Source of the DNA: Amphiscolops sp. MND2022
Taxonomy: Eukaryota
Direction of reading: 5' to 3'
Assembly (NCBI GenBank): GCA_964187785.1
Contig: OZ076409.1
Location: forward strand, 39,496,001 to 39,560,000
DNA length: 64,000 nucleotides
Below the pieces are notes generated by a model, which ran no database searches, was not told the origin of the DNA, and saw nothing but the letters and a program-made list of their open reading frames with translations. How positions within the stretch are numbered: the stretch's first letter is position 1; every line of letters begins with the position of its first letter. Position numbers and translations under genes: made by a program. Below are positions 12,290 to 23,630 of the stretch, piece by piece.

Positions 12290-13330
12290 TATATCAAATC
12301 TATGTCTAGCGAATCTTGGAATTCCACGAGGAGTTTTTCAATTTTTGTTCTTTCGTTTCAGTTAAGGTGGAATCTTTCCAATCGAATTTTGTTCTGGATA
12401 CTTCATCTCTTGTCGGGTCGAGAGTCTCCAGGTCTTGTAGGGCCTGTAGTTCCCATAGTGTTCGTTTCTGGATGGGTGTGTCTTCCGCCGGGTTGCCCGG
12501 GTCCTCCGGAGTTGGGAACCAATAATTTTCTGTAGTCTGTGACTTTTTATTGGTCTTGATGAGACTGCTGACATAGTGGGCCGCTCTTGGTCATTTTGTA
12601 GGAGGTGCCAGTTCGATGCCGGATCTATTGGTTTGACAAACTTCATTTGTTTTGGCGTCATAAGGGGAAACTGGCGATATAGAGCCCCTTCTTGAGTTTG
12701 TAGGGGTGATCTGTGAAGTTATTCCCAGGAATCGACACATTGCCATCATTCAGGGTGACCAGGGCTGGGCAAAAGGTAATGCCTCCTTCTTCATGTTGAT
12801 GGTCGCTCGGTTGCAAAATCCCAGTTACTTTATTCTCAGGGTAGGGCAAGGAATTGGTCCAAATTAGGACTCTGTCGTTTGGCGGAATGCTCATTTCATT
12901 AGGATTGAGAATCGGTTCTAGTACGTTGGAGTATTTGTGATCCGCTGTTTTAAGCTGCATCGAAAAGAACGGGAAATTCAGTATTCTTTGTCTCATGTCC
13001 AGCACTGTATGGTTTCGTTGGGGGAACATTAGTCCAATAATCGGTCCTGTCAAATTTTTCATTACAATGAAGATTTCATGGAACTCTATATCACCAACTT
13101 CAAATTAGAGCTCTATAGTACCCTTGGGAGTCTCTAGTTGCCCATTTGCGACCATGATTTGGAAATTTGGAGGAGGACCTTCTCGAATGACAGATTGTGG
13201 CGAAAAAAGTAGAGTTTTCCGGAGGTCCATTTCTGGGCTGGCACTGAATAGTGCCCCAGTATCAATTAGTCCATCTATGGTCAATTCCCCAAAGTCCATT
13301 GTGAAATAGAGCATGCGTTTTTTGCATTTA
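12290..13330 (-). pseudogene. Gypsy aspartic protease and PR-RT spacer domain
   Basis: GLIDTGA active site, IIGL motif, then a ~150-aa spacer before RT; frameshifted. Confidence 0.85.
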
Positions 13331-14039
13331 AGGCTAATGTTGGTTGACAGGGGTATACAGTCTGGCTCACCTTCTTTGGTGATGAGTACATTTTAGAATT
13401 GTGTTTCATCTAGTAGGGATTGTGAAATTGATTCAGAAGTGTTTTCAATATTCTCAGTCCCCAAAGGGTTTGGAAACACGGGATGGTTGGTACCATCGTT
13501 CATTTGCAAATTCCCAATGAGTGCTCTCGTTTTTTTGTTGTGGGTAATTGGAGGATTCTCGTGGACTGTTTTGTTGTAATGGTCGATGTCATCTACGACA
13601 TATTGGAATTGCAATAGGTCCTGGTTATAGATCTCGGTATCCAGTAGGGATTTCTACTATAGTCTGGGTCGATGAATGTTGGGTTGTAATTGTCTATCAA
13701 AGGAATGGGCCTGAAGCGGGTAGTAAATGCAGCTGTGTAATCAAGATCCCAAACAGGAATTGGTTTTTGGAACAAGTGGGTGTTATTATAGGTAATAATG
13801 GTAGCTTTTTCCATCTGCTGCTGTCAGACAACAGAGGGATAGCCCATCAGTTGTTGTTCATAATCATGGAATGCCTTTGTTGGAGGATCCGACCTGATGC
13901 ATTGTCGGACTGATACCAGTTGGTTATATTGGAGTCGTGGCGAAGCTAGTTTTTTGAATCATCATTTTTGGATGAGGGTTGGGAGTTGGATGATGTTGGC
14001 TTGGGATAAGGTTTTGGAGCTTGGAGTCCGGTTTGGTAT

Positions 14040-15550
14040 CACTGGGTCTTCTGATCTGGTACGTTTGGGTTTGAGGTGTGCACCTGCACCTTGCCAACAC
14101 CTTTCCTCGGGATGGTTTTTCGTACCACAAGTTCCACACTCAGGATAAGTTTTTTTCTGGGTTGATTTGCCTTGTTGGGCATCTTTTTTTTCTTTTTGAG
14201 TTTTTCACAGTCTTTGACCATATGACCCTTTTCCTTGCATTAGTTGCAAGTAATGTCACTCATCTGTACATTGGAAGAAATAGTTTTGGGATTGGTGACT
14301 GAAGATGTCATTGACGCCATTGGTAGGACGTCAGATTCTTCAAGTGCATTTAACTCAAGCTCTCTTTCAAGATGAGCGACAATTTCGTCGTAGGAGCCGT
14401 TTTCCAGTCTGGCCATGTTGACTGATCTTTTCAACTTCGGCTGCAGTTTTGCGTATAGGAGGCTGTCAATCATCTTTTGGGCGTTGTCTCCAAACGCCTT
14501 TTCTGCGCCTTGGTTGAGTTCTTCAGGAAAATCTGGTAGTTTTGTCGTGTTTGGGTCAAATACTAGACGGTGCCATTTGTGTTTGGCAGATGCCTGTGAT
14601 TAAGGCTTGACATATTTTCGTCTGAATATGATTAGTACGTCCTCAAGAGTTTGTCGGTTAGCTGTGCTGATTTTGCGGAATGTTTGTAGGGCTTTTTTCC
14701 GCAAGAGGGAATGAAAATGATTAATTTTCGTCTGCTCAGACATCTCAGGCTACATCTTGATCATCGTGTGGAACAGATCCTCGAACAGTTCGAATTTCTC
14801 ACTTTTACCGTCGAAAGTCATAGTGTTTGAGTTGACTGGGCGGATAGTGAGCTGTTGGGCTGTTGGACGATTCTGCATGTTTGTCAAGACGTCAGCTAGC
14901 CTGTTGATGGGGTCTTGTTCTGGAGCCGGAACGGTCCTTTCTTGTGTTGGGATCGTCTTGTCAAGGAGGGGGTGGAAGTCATCATGGGAACTGTGAAGAT
15001 GATTTCTAGATGGCATTTGTCACGTGAGAAACTCAGGAGCTTCGATTGTAGATTCGTTGTCTCCTGTCACCAAGGCGTGAGCGCGTAGATTCGGTTGGCT
15101 ACCATTTTGGTAATCAAAGCGATGCTCACTCCTGTTGGTTTTCTTAACCTTCCCGCCATATGTTTCTTCGGGGTATACTTCCGGTCTCTCGGACGGAACG
15201 TTCCACCTATTCTGCGTCATTTGGCACGATCCGGCATTCAGAACGGTTTGGATTTGTGGTAATATCTGATTACCGATTGCATCACTAATCGCCTTTTGGA
15301 TCTGGGTATTAACACTACTCATCATTTCGTCTAGTTCCCTAGACAACTTTGAATTTAGCTCACTTGACAGTTTATTGGTCTCTGCACTGGAATTATTTTC
15401 CGATGATATTTGACCGTAATTGGTAATTGATCTCCCTTGGATCTAACCTTCTGTTTTCACTATTAACATCAAACTCATCTCCGGAAGTACTTTCTTGTCT
15501 TCTGGCGCAATTACTATTGGAATCTCATCCCTTTCATTTCTATTGAAGTT
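14040..15550 (-). pseudogene. Gypsy gag (starts within the LTR)
   Basis: TFDGKSEKFELFEDLF capsid-like motif; two decayed CCHC knuckles at ~14090-14245; N-terminal part lies in the LTR. Confidence 0.85.
15061..15072 (-). promoter_or_regulatory. Primer binding site TGGTGACAGGAG (tRNA-Leu-like)
   Basis: Begins immediately after the 5' LTR end with TGG (complement of tRNA CCA); the tRNA identity is inferred. Confidence 0.75.
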
Positions 15551-16722
15551 ATTTTCAGAGGTTTATTGAAGTTTTTTTGAGGGGTATGGGTATTTATACC
15601 CCTGAAAGTGTGACACTCACATTCCTTACATTTTTCGATCAAGAAAGTCATAACATGGTAGTGACCTTAACTGGTCACGTGATTAATCACGAGCGACATC
15701 AATAAATATTCTGCATTAGCGGCTATCTTGACAATCACATCAAAGTATCAACTTGAACAAAATATTCTAACGATCAAACGCCAAACATTCCTGATTAATA
15801 GTTCATGACATCAACAATTTAACATTCCTGTACAGCTTAGCAATAAATATTTGAGGTATGAGGCGTTGGCACGTGCCTACACAAGCACGCTGATTCAACA
15901 CCCAAATAATATCATTGCATGCTGTATCACTTGATAAATAGTGCCCTATTCGGCTATATGACAGATGGGGTCGGTAGGTGAACATAGGCTGAGCAGTCCC
16001 GATAGTATTTGGATAATTAGTTCAAGAAATGGCCTGAACCGTCCACTTTCCAATTTGTCCGTACCATAAAAGCACTAGTGTGTCAAATGACCTTATTCGG
16101 CCAATTGATTAAATAAGAGGCAGCACCACAAGAAGGTACTTAATTAGCATAAAAGACATATCTAAGCCTGTATTGGTTGATTATATAAGCAGCTAGTGAA
16201 ATACTTTTAATCTGCACAAGGTGGCCAGAAACAGCCATTTGATTGAAATGCCAATTATGAAAAATAAAAATACGTCATATGGCCTTAACCGGCCGAGTAG
16301 TTAGGATCGGTACAATATCACCAAAGGAGCGAATATGATTGGCTAGAGTAACGAGCTCAAGTGACGTCTCTGGAATAGAAGTTTCGCTCACTTGAACTCG
16401 TTTCCTTTACGCCGTATAGCTGTATCGTCAATTGCTTCAATTACATTAAGCAACATACTGCACTACCAAATTCTGATACTTTTGAACGTTTAGCTTGAAT
16501 CTTCTGATTGTGAGCTTTATCAGACTAGTAATTGTGTATAAAAATAGGAAAATAAGCAACACCATCAAATACAAAAACATATGGGAAATGATAAGTTGAT
16601 GTTAAAAGTTCAAGTTTTGATATTAACTTCCGGTTAGTTTATTGGAAGGGTGCCAGTTGCTGTCTCTTGTCCATATGTGGTTGTTGTGATCCTGGTCCCG
16701 TCACAGGCAGAAGCCTGCGACA
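15073..16722 (-). repeat. 5' LTR of the Gypsy element (1650 bp, two internal deletions)
   Basis: Matches 1391-3360 but lacks segments equivalent to ~1882-2090 and ~2515-2648. Confidence 0.9.
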
Positions 16723-16859
16723 GCACCCTTAGCAACTGTCGCAACAAAACAAACGTGAAAAAAACCTGCAGGGTGACGTTTCTGGTGTTTCTTGGAGCAC
16801 TAAAGCACTTCTAAGACTACTACTATTGATAGTTCTCTGCTTTAGCAGGCTATTTGTTC

Positions 16860-17200
16860 CATCCTGATGGTTATCGTCCGTAGTTGTTTGTTTTCGTATC
16901 AGTTCAGTCTTCCTGCCTTTTCATCAGTCGTTGATCCGGGATAAGCATGGGTAGTCACATCACGAGGAAGGTCGTTTTGGTTTATTTTACTGATGATGCT
17001 CAATCCAATAAAAAAGTGTTCAGTTTCTGGATTCAGCAAGTGAGGTCGAAATGAACGAATTTGTATTGGTTGTGTTTGATTGTCTTTGACTTCTGTCACA
17101 TTGTTGGGATTATTCACTTGGTTGGTTTCTTGATTGCATAATATGTCATTCAATTTTTCCTCATGGGTATCCAGCCTCATCGTAACATTTTCAAGTGAAT
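16860..17200 (-). pseudogene. LINE ORF1 remnant (coiled coil plus SGNH/esterase-like)
   Basis: FFIGLSII (GDS-like) and AYPGSTT motifs as in CR1/L2 ORF1 esterases; broken frame. Confidence 0.55.
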
Positions 17201-17328
17201 TATTGAGTTTGACGTTTTGTTGGTGAACTTTTTCGAATGTGTTGCATTTTTTCCGTGTTTAGGTAGAAAGGGAGTAACATTGATGTATCGACGATTAAAA
17301 ACCAAGTGTCAATGTTGAAAATTTTTAT

Positions 17329-17366
17329 TGTAATCGTTTTCGCAGTTCAACTGCGCCATCAGACAT
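17329..17366 (-). ncRNA. Degenerate hammerhead ribozyme motif of the Penelope 3' end
   Basis: CTGATGG-C-GCAG-TTGAA-CTGC-GAAA; core mutated relative to the copy at 19359. Confidence 0.5.
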
Positions 17367-17725
17367 CTAGAAATAGATCAAATAAAACAACTAAATAAGC
17401 AAAAAAGCATCGTGAAAGTCAGAATAAAGGCCTAAAGATTTAAAAACGTCAAATCTTTAGTGTCAGTTGACGCTGTCTGAACTCGTCGCGTTGATTTAAG
17501 GCGGGATTAAGTCAATCGATGTGTAGAGCTTCCAAAGTGAGAAGTTTCGATGCAATCCGTGTTCTGTCCAATAACTTGGCTGTTGGAAAAGAAACATTTG
17601 CATTTTTCAAGATGTTGTGAAACAGGTGCACTGGACCGCTGGTGCTCATGCAGTCGTGTCGTAAGATGTCGCACTGTTTGGCCAACATAGCTGGAGTCAC
17701 ATCCAGGACATTTTATGCAATAGAC

Positions 17726-18282
17726 AGTAAATGGTCACTTGGCTTAATGCCATTTGGCTTAAAGTCATTTGGCGTAATACAATTGGTCACTTGGCTTAAT
17801 TTTTTTGAGCTAAGTGACTCGGGTATCGGTCACTTGGCTTAAAGTCATTTGACTTAAAACCACTTAGTTGAAAACACGTGGCAGATTCTGTCGAATTTAT
17901 CCTTATAACGTAGTCAGCGTATTAATATAACATGTCATATCAAGTACCCCTCGGATATGTCCCCAATTCCTCTACTGCCATGCGGCCCCTTGGGGCCGCT
18001 TATATTCCCATCTTGCTAAGCGAGGTTGAACAGGAGCAAAGATCTAGCGGGAACGAAGATCGTGAAGCGATCGTGGTGGAAGCTGGTCCTTGCGACGGTG
18101 AGGGCAAGCGTGCATACACCGCATATGCCCCACATTATGATATTTCCGGCAGATGACATATTCATTCCTTGAACTGGAATAGAGTTGGCTTAATTTTGTG
18201 GTCACTTGGCCTAAAATTTTCAAGCCAAATGACTCCACGAGAAAATTAAGCCAAATGGTAATAAGCCAAGTGACTGGTAACC
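17726..18282. mobile_element. MITE with 8-bp TSD, nested in the Penelope-like element
   Basis: CAATAGAC at 17718-17725 and 18283-18290; inverted ends containing GTCACTTGGCTTA / TAAGCCAAGTGAC; internal TTGGCTTAA repeats. Confidence 0.8.
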
Positions 18283-18481
18283 CAATAGACGACACAACTA
18301 CAGAGATCGCCAGTAGTCTGCGATTTTAGCGACGGCAACAAAGACGTTAATATTCTTGTGCACAGTCGTAGGTTCCAAACAGCCATTAGTCGGTACTCGG
18401 AATCGTAGAAACTTCGGAATAATATCATTTTCAGCGCAACTCATCAGGAACTTCATGCTCGCTTTGTTGTTGCGTGAAGGC

Positions 18482-18922
18482 ACGGTAATAAGTTCGAACG
18501 CATAAGTTCGAATTTTAGTTTCGAATGGACTAAGTTCGAATTTTCCAAAAACCGGAACAAGTTCGAATCACTGTGTTCGAATTTTGAACAAACCGCCGTA
18601 AGTATAAAACGTATCTCTATGTTCCCATCTTGCTAAGCGAGGTCGAACAGGATCAAAGACCTATCGGGAACGGATATCGGGAAGCGATCGTAGTGGGAGC
18701 TGGTCTTTGTGACGGTGAGGGCAAGCTTGCGTGCATTTTGCCCCACATTAGAAAGGAAAAGTATTGAAAATTTTCTGAGTCATTTACGAAAGGTAATAAT
18801 TTATTCTTGACACACCGGATTTGCCCGATATGAAAATTCGATTTTGGTGTCTCGAAACTATTCCTATTCGAACTTATTCCACTAATTCACATTCGAACTT
18901 AGTAAATCGAACTTATTGCCCG
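18482..18922. mobile_element. MITE with AAGTTCGAA subterminal repeats
   Basis: Ends CGGTAATAAGTTCGA / TCGAACTTATTGCCCG; AAGTTCGAA repeated on the left and TTCGAACTT on the right; TSD unclear. Confidence 0.65.
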
Positions 18923-18984
18923 GAGCCGTTGCGTGTTTTCACTAGCGAATCACGGTGTTTTAGAAACAACTGCTATTTCCCAAG

Positions 18985-19406
18985 TGCAAGTAGTTATATT
19001 GTCTATTGCATAAAATGTCCTGGTTGTGACTCCAGCAATGTTGGCCAAACAGTGCGACATCTTACGACACGACTGCATGAGCACCAGCGATCCAGTGCAC
19101 CTGTTTCACAACATCTTGAAAAATGTGCTCCAAATGTTACTTCTCCAACAGCCAAGATATTGGACAGAACACGGAATGCATCGAAGCTTCTCACTTTGGA
19201 ATACATCGACCGACTTAGTCCCGCCTTAAAACAACCCGACGAGTTCAGACTGCGTCAACTGACACTAAAGATTTGACGTTTCTATCTCTATATGCCTTTA
19301 TTCTGATTTTCACGATGCTTTTTTGCTTATTTAGTTGTTTTATTTGATCTATTTTCAGATGTCTGATGATGCAGTTGAACTGCGAAAACATTTACAATAA
19401 AAATTT
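18985..19406 (+). mobile_element. Penelope-like element 3' fragment (GIY-YIG endonuclease plus 3' UTR)
   Basis: IVYCIKCPGCDSSNVGQTVRHLTTRLHEH...LLTLE...PAL; stop at 19276. Confidence 0.88.
19359..19396 (+). ncRNA. Minimal hammerhead ribozyme motif
   Basis: ATGT-CTGATGA-T-GCAG(TTGAA)CTGC-GAAA-ACATTT-ACA: conserved core and perfect 4-bp stem II in the Penelope 3' region. Confidence 0.7.
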
Positions 19407-20426
19407 CCGTGTTTAGTTTTTTGAACGTTTCGAAATTGATCATAGTTTCCATTGTTTTACAAGGTTGAAGGTGTATAACTTAACAGTACATCAATAGTTG
19501 TTGCCAAACAAGATGAGTAAAATTTACGATAAAACTTTTGACAAACAAGAAAATGAAAGATCAATAAAAATTCTAGATTGACAGCTAAATATGGTAGAGT
19601 GAAATAAGAAAGCAATTTTAAGCACCGACTGCACCCGACGAAATCTACATTTGTTGTTAGATTTCAGATAACGATTTCAGTTAGATTTTGCAGACCACGG
19701 GTGTGTGTCTTTTCCCCCCAACGTGATGATACACATGGCACTTGATTTATGACGAAGATCCATGATTTCTGATAGAAAATTATGGATATATTTATGGTAG
19801 TAAAATTTCAGGTACCATTTTTATGGCCATACCATAATTCCAAAGTCTCGTTTTCTTGATTTCGGAGACATCAAGCCAATAATCCATGGAAAGGCGTGCA
19901 ATGCTATTCAGTTTTGTGTGAAAATCATATTCAAGTGTTTTTCTTACCATACGGTTATCGGAATTTATACACTTATACAGCCTAATTGTTGTGATGGGCT
20001 TGTTGAATAGCTTCAGAGATGGCAATGATTTGAATTTGAGACAACTGGACAACATCTCTGACGCTGTTTTGTTGGTTTGTCGCTGCACTTGGGCTGAAAG
20101 ATCTATCACAACCCGGTGAGATAATTCCATTTGTATTTCATTTAATCAATTTGAGGCTCAGCGTTTCTACCGGTCTACTGGGATAGAGGCTGGTATGAGT
20201 AGTTTTTTGGCGTTTTTTTTAATGTTATAATTCATTAATTTAATTTTAACTTATCTTTTTAACAAATCAAGTCTCCAGATTTTTCGATGGCTTTAGAAAC
20301 TCCCAGCCCGGTTTTCCCTTGTTTTTCTCCATCCTCGTTTTTGGTCGTTTTGTCTTCCCTCTGAAAACGAGCATTGTAACACGTGTCGTGTGCAGTGCCT
20401 GAACCATAAATCGTGGGCTCTGAAAA

Positions 20427-23325
20427 ATGTCCCGGAGAGGAATCAATAAGTTCTGCTCCGCCCAAAAATGTTGTAAACCCTCTGGCAGAATTTTCTGGGT
20501 AGGATGTTCAAAATGCCGTAAATGGTTCCATATCAAGTGTGTGGGTATCCAAAAAAGCAGTCGGAGGAGGAAGATTTTTTCTGCAGACCTTGTCAAGTTG
20601 TGGATACGGGTGCTCCACTGCCGCTTACTGTTGATACTCTAATAGCTGTCACTAAAGCAAACCCCACCATTCTGAAACGAGTACCCAAACACGCACGCAT
20701 TCCATTAGCGAAGCTTCTCAATGAAGCGCTTGATGGCATAGTAGCAAAGCCACACGATGTATCGTGCTGGGTGAGTTTCTTTCTTCAATTTTGCGCTATT
20801 ATGAAACCGCCAAAACGATCTGGCAAACGACAGAAATCTGATCTGGGGAGTATCATATTCGAGAGAATCAACAAAGGTGCAGCTCTTGGCGATCTTGTCG
20901 TCCCGCGTGAAATGAAGGACTCTAAACTCGAGCAAGAATGCGAAAAAAGGATCAAGTTGATCTCCGCCAAGCTCGATGAGGGGAACGTCCGAGCGGGAAT
21001 AAGACTAGCAGCGTCTGACGACTCAGTAGCTCCCTTTGACAACAACACTTACGAAAAACTTCAGTCGAAACATCCCCCTCGAGCCCCAAATCATGCCCAA
21101 CAAAATGTCGAAGATAGCCTATTTACGTTTGAACCCATCGTAGCGAAGGCAATCAACTCCTTCCCTTCTGGGTCTTCGGGAGGACCAAGCCTACTTGTGC
21201 CCCAGTTGTACAAAGACCTTATCGCGAAGAGCAACGGGTCCGTAGGCAACGAGTTTCTTCAGAAGCTAACAAGCGTACTGAATATTGTCTTGGAAGGCAA
21301 AGGCCCTGTAGGTTTGAGACTTTTTTCTTTGGTGCTAAACTTATCGGTCTTCGGAAAAAAGACGGCGGAATTCGACCAAATGCTGTTGCAAATACCCTGC
21401 GTCGAATATGCTCGAAATGTGTGAGCTCTTTCGCGACTGACCAACGACGAATTGATTTCCATGGTACGCAGTTCGGCTGCGGAACAAGTCGTGGAGCTGA
21501 AATCGCAGCACATGTTTTTCGAAACCTCATTGAGAACGAGCAGAATCCTGAAAACGTTATTCTGAAGATGGACTTCAAAAATGCCTTTAACTCGCTGAAA
21601 CGTGACAAAAGCTTAGACACCGTTTTTCGAAAACGACGGCAGATTTACAATTATACGCACTCTGCATATAGCGAATCCTCACATCTTTTCTTCGGAGAGA
21701 AAGTTATTCAATTGCAAGAGGGCTGTCAGCAAGGGGACCCCGAAGGCCCAGCTCTCTTCTCCGGCACTATTCAAGACCTCGTTAACCAAATCGTTTCACA
21801 ATATAATGTTTGATACCTCGACGACGGAAACCTTTCGGATGACTATCGGACGGTTCTTGAGGACCTCAAACGAATCATCGCTAGCGCCGACGAGTATGGG
21901 TTATAACTCGAGAAAACTAAATGTTACCTGATTTTCCTCGGAAACTGTACCGAAAGTTCAAAAAAAAGAATCAAAGCGCTTTTTGACGAAAGTTGCGCGG
22001 GTATTAAAGTGGAGGATCGTGAGAATTTGGAAAATTTAGGGTCGCCAATGGGAGCAAGTGCTCGACGAGACCTGTTGAACAAAAAATGATTGAATTGCAA
22101 AAACTATCTGAAGTCGTTACGAAATTAGATGCCCACTATGAATTCTACTTGTTGAAGAACTGCTTTAGTCTACCTAAACTACTATACTTTCTTCGTACCA
22201 GCCCTTGCTTTGAAGAGGTGGACCTCCTACAGCAGTATGATTCCATTATCCGCAAATCATTGTCCAAAATCTGCAATGTGAATATTGATGAAAGCAGCTA
22301 TACTCAAGCGATTCTCCCAGTCTCCAAAGGGGGCATAGGCATTGCATCGGCTTCCCAGATTGCTCTTCCTGCTTTTTTAGCTTCAGCATCGGGTGCCAAA
22401 CGTGCTTTGTCGTGTATCCTCCCGTGTATCCTCCCCATCAAGACTATGTTGATGCATCGTTTGAAAAGGCTCTGGATTTATGGTTGGCGAGGGCGAACCT
22501 GACAGAAGCACCGTCGGACTCCATCCAAAAACATTGGACCTCTCCTCTGAGCGATGCTACTTTTGAGCAACTTATTACAGACCTTGATGCGGAAAATGTC
22601 AAAAGGCTGAATGCTTATCAAGACCCCTTTGGTTCAGCTTGGCTGAATGTTGTACCAAGCAAAAATCTCGGTCTGAAGTTGACAGATCAGCAACTGCGCA
22701 TCTCCTTATCCCTCCGCCTGGGTTCGAAATTTGCGAGAAACACACTTGCGCTGCGGTAAACTTGTCGAAGAGAACGGACATCATGGTCTTTCCTGTGCCA
22801 GAAGCGCGGGACGTTTCTCGAGGCACCACAACCTCAATACTCTCGTGAAACAGGCGCTGAGTTCCATCAGAGTTCCCTCAATTTTGGAACCATATGGTCT
22901 GACCCGAACAGATGGAAAGCGCCCAGATGGAATTTCTCTGGCGCCCTGGGAGGATGGCAAGCAATTAGTCTGGGATGTTACTTGTGTCGATCTTCTCGCC
23001 CCCAGTAGAATAGAGAACGGGTCTGTTGCCAACCCAGGCACAGCAGCGGAGGATGCAGAGGAATTGAAAACGGCTAAGTACGTTTGTTTGACTGACAAAG
23101 GATACATCTTCCAACCCTTAGCCTTTGAAATTCAGGGAGGACTCGGACCTTCCACGTCTACCTTCCTGAAAAACCTCTGTAAAAAATTGTGCGTGTGCAA
23201 TCAAGAAATTAGAGCCGGGTCCTTTTTCAGGCGGAGACTCTCTCGCAATCCAGGTAGGCAATGCGGCCAGTGTAGTTGGAACGGTTCGGGACGGTGGGGT
23301 ATTTTTGGATCGAATTTTTGTGTGA
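20427..23325 (+). mobile_element. CRE-clade non-LTR retrotransposon ORF (PHD finger - RT - CCHC - restriction-like endonuclease), frameshifted
   Basis: PHD (C-C...WVGCSKCRKWFHIKC...FFCRPC); SSGGPS, QFGCG, MDFKNAFNS, GCQQGDP, YLDDG (~21815); CG...HGLSC, RH, RPDG, WDV; C-terminal AIQVGNA, stop at 23325. Confidence 0.9.
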
Positions 23326-23446
23326 GCGAAAAGCGAGACCGAAAATGGATCGAAGGTTTTGAGATCGAATTTTTCCGGTTTTGCTAGGTTTTTGCTCCTG
23401 TAAAGTGTTTAAAAGCGTTTAAAATTATTTAGGTAGTTTTCCCCAC

Positions 23447-23630
23447 CTAATATGGGATCATATACGGTGTATGCACGCTCGCCCTCACCGTCGCAAAAAC
23501 CATCTCCCACTACGATCGCTTCGCGATCTCCGTTCCCGCTAGGTCTTTGCTCCTGTTCGACCTCGCTTAGCAAGATGGGAACATAAGGGGCCGCGGGACA
23601 TTAAAGGAAATGGGGGGCGTATCCGACGGC
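23447..23630 (-). repeat. Dispersed structured repeat (other copies ~17948-18138 and ~18618-18750)
   Basis: Shared TCCCATCTTGCTAAGCGAGG...GATCGCGAAGCGATC...TTGCGACGGTGAGGGC core. Confidence 0.8.

Larger units (their letters stand above)
1391..16722 (-). mobile_element. Full-length decayed Ty3/Gypsy LTR retrotransposon (15.3 kb) with extra cargo ORFs
   Basis: Direct repeats 1391-3360 and 15073-16722; outer termini TG...CA with an imperfect terminal inverted repeat; GCACC at 1386-1390 and 16723-16727 (5-bp TSD); PBS next to the 5' LTR; order gag-PR-RT-RH-INT. Confidence 0.93.
17320..18483 (-). mobile_element. Internally deleted Penelope-like element (N-terminus fused to GIY-YIG, no RT), interrupted by a MITE
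   Basis: KFLMSCAENDIIPKFLRF N-terminal motif; removing the MITE restores SCVVYCIKC; 17320-17726 is the reverse complement of 19000-19406. Confidence 0.8.

Noticed and set aside
1391..16722. Tandem or circularly permuted array of elements, since the repeats contain coding sequence
   Set aside because: TSD, TG..CA ends and an adjacent PBS show the repeats are true LTRs of a single insertion.
19792..20130. 112-aa ORF (also the 104-aa ORF at 23701-24015)
   Set aside because: No recognisable motif or splice context; located among repeat fragments.
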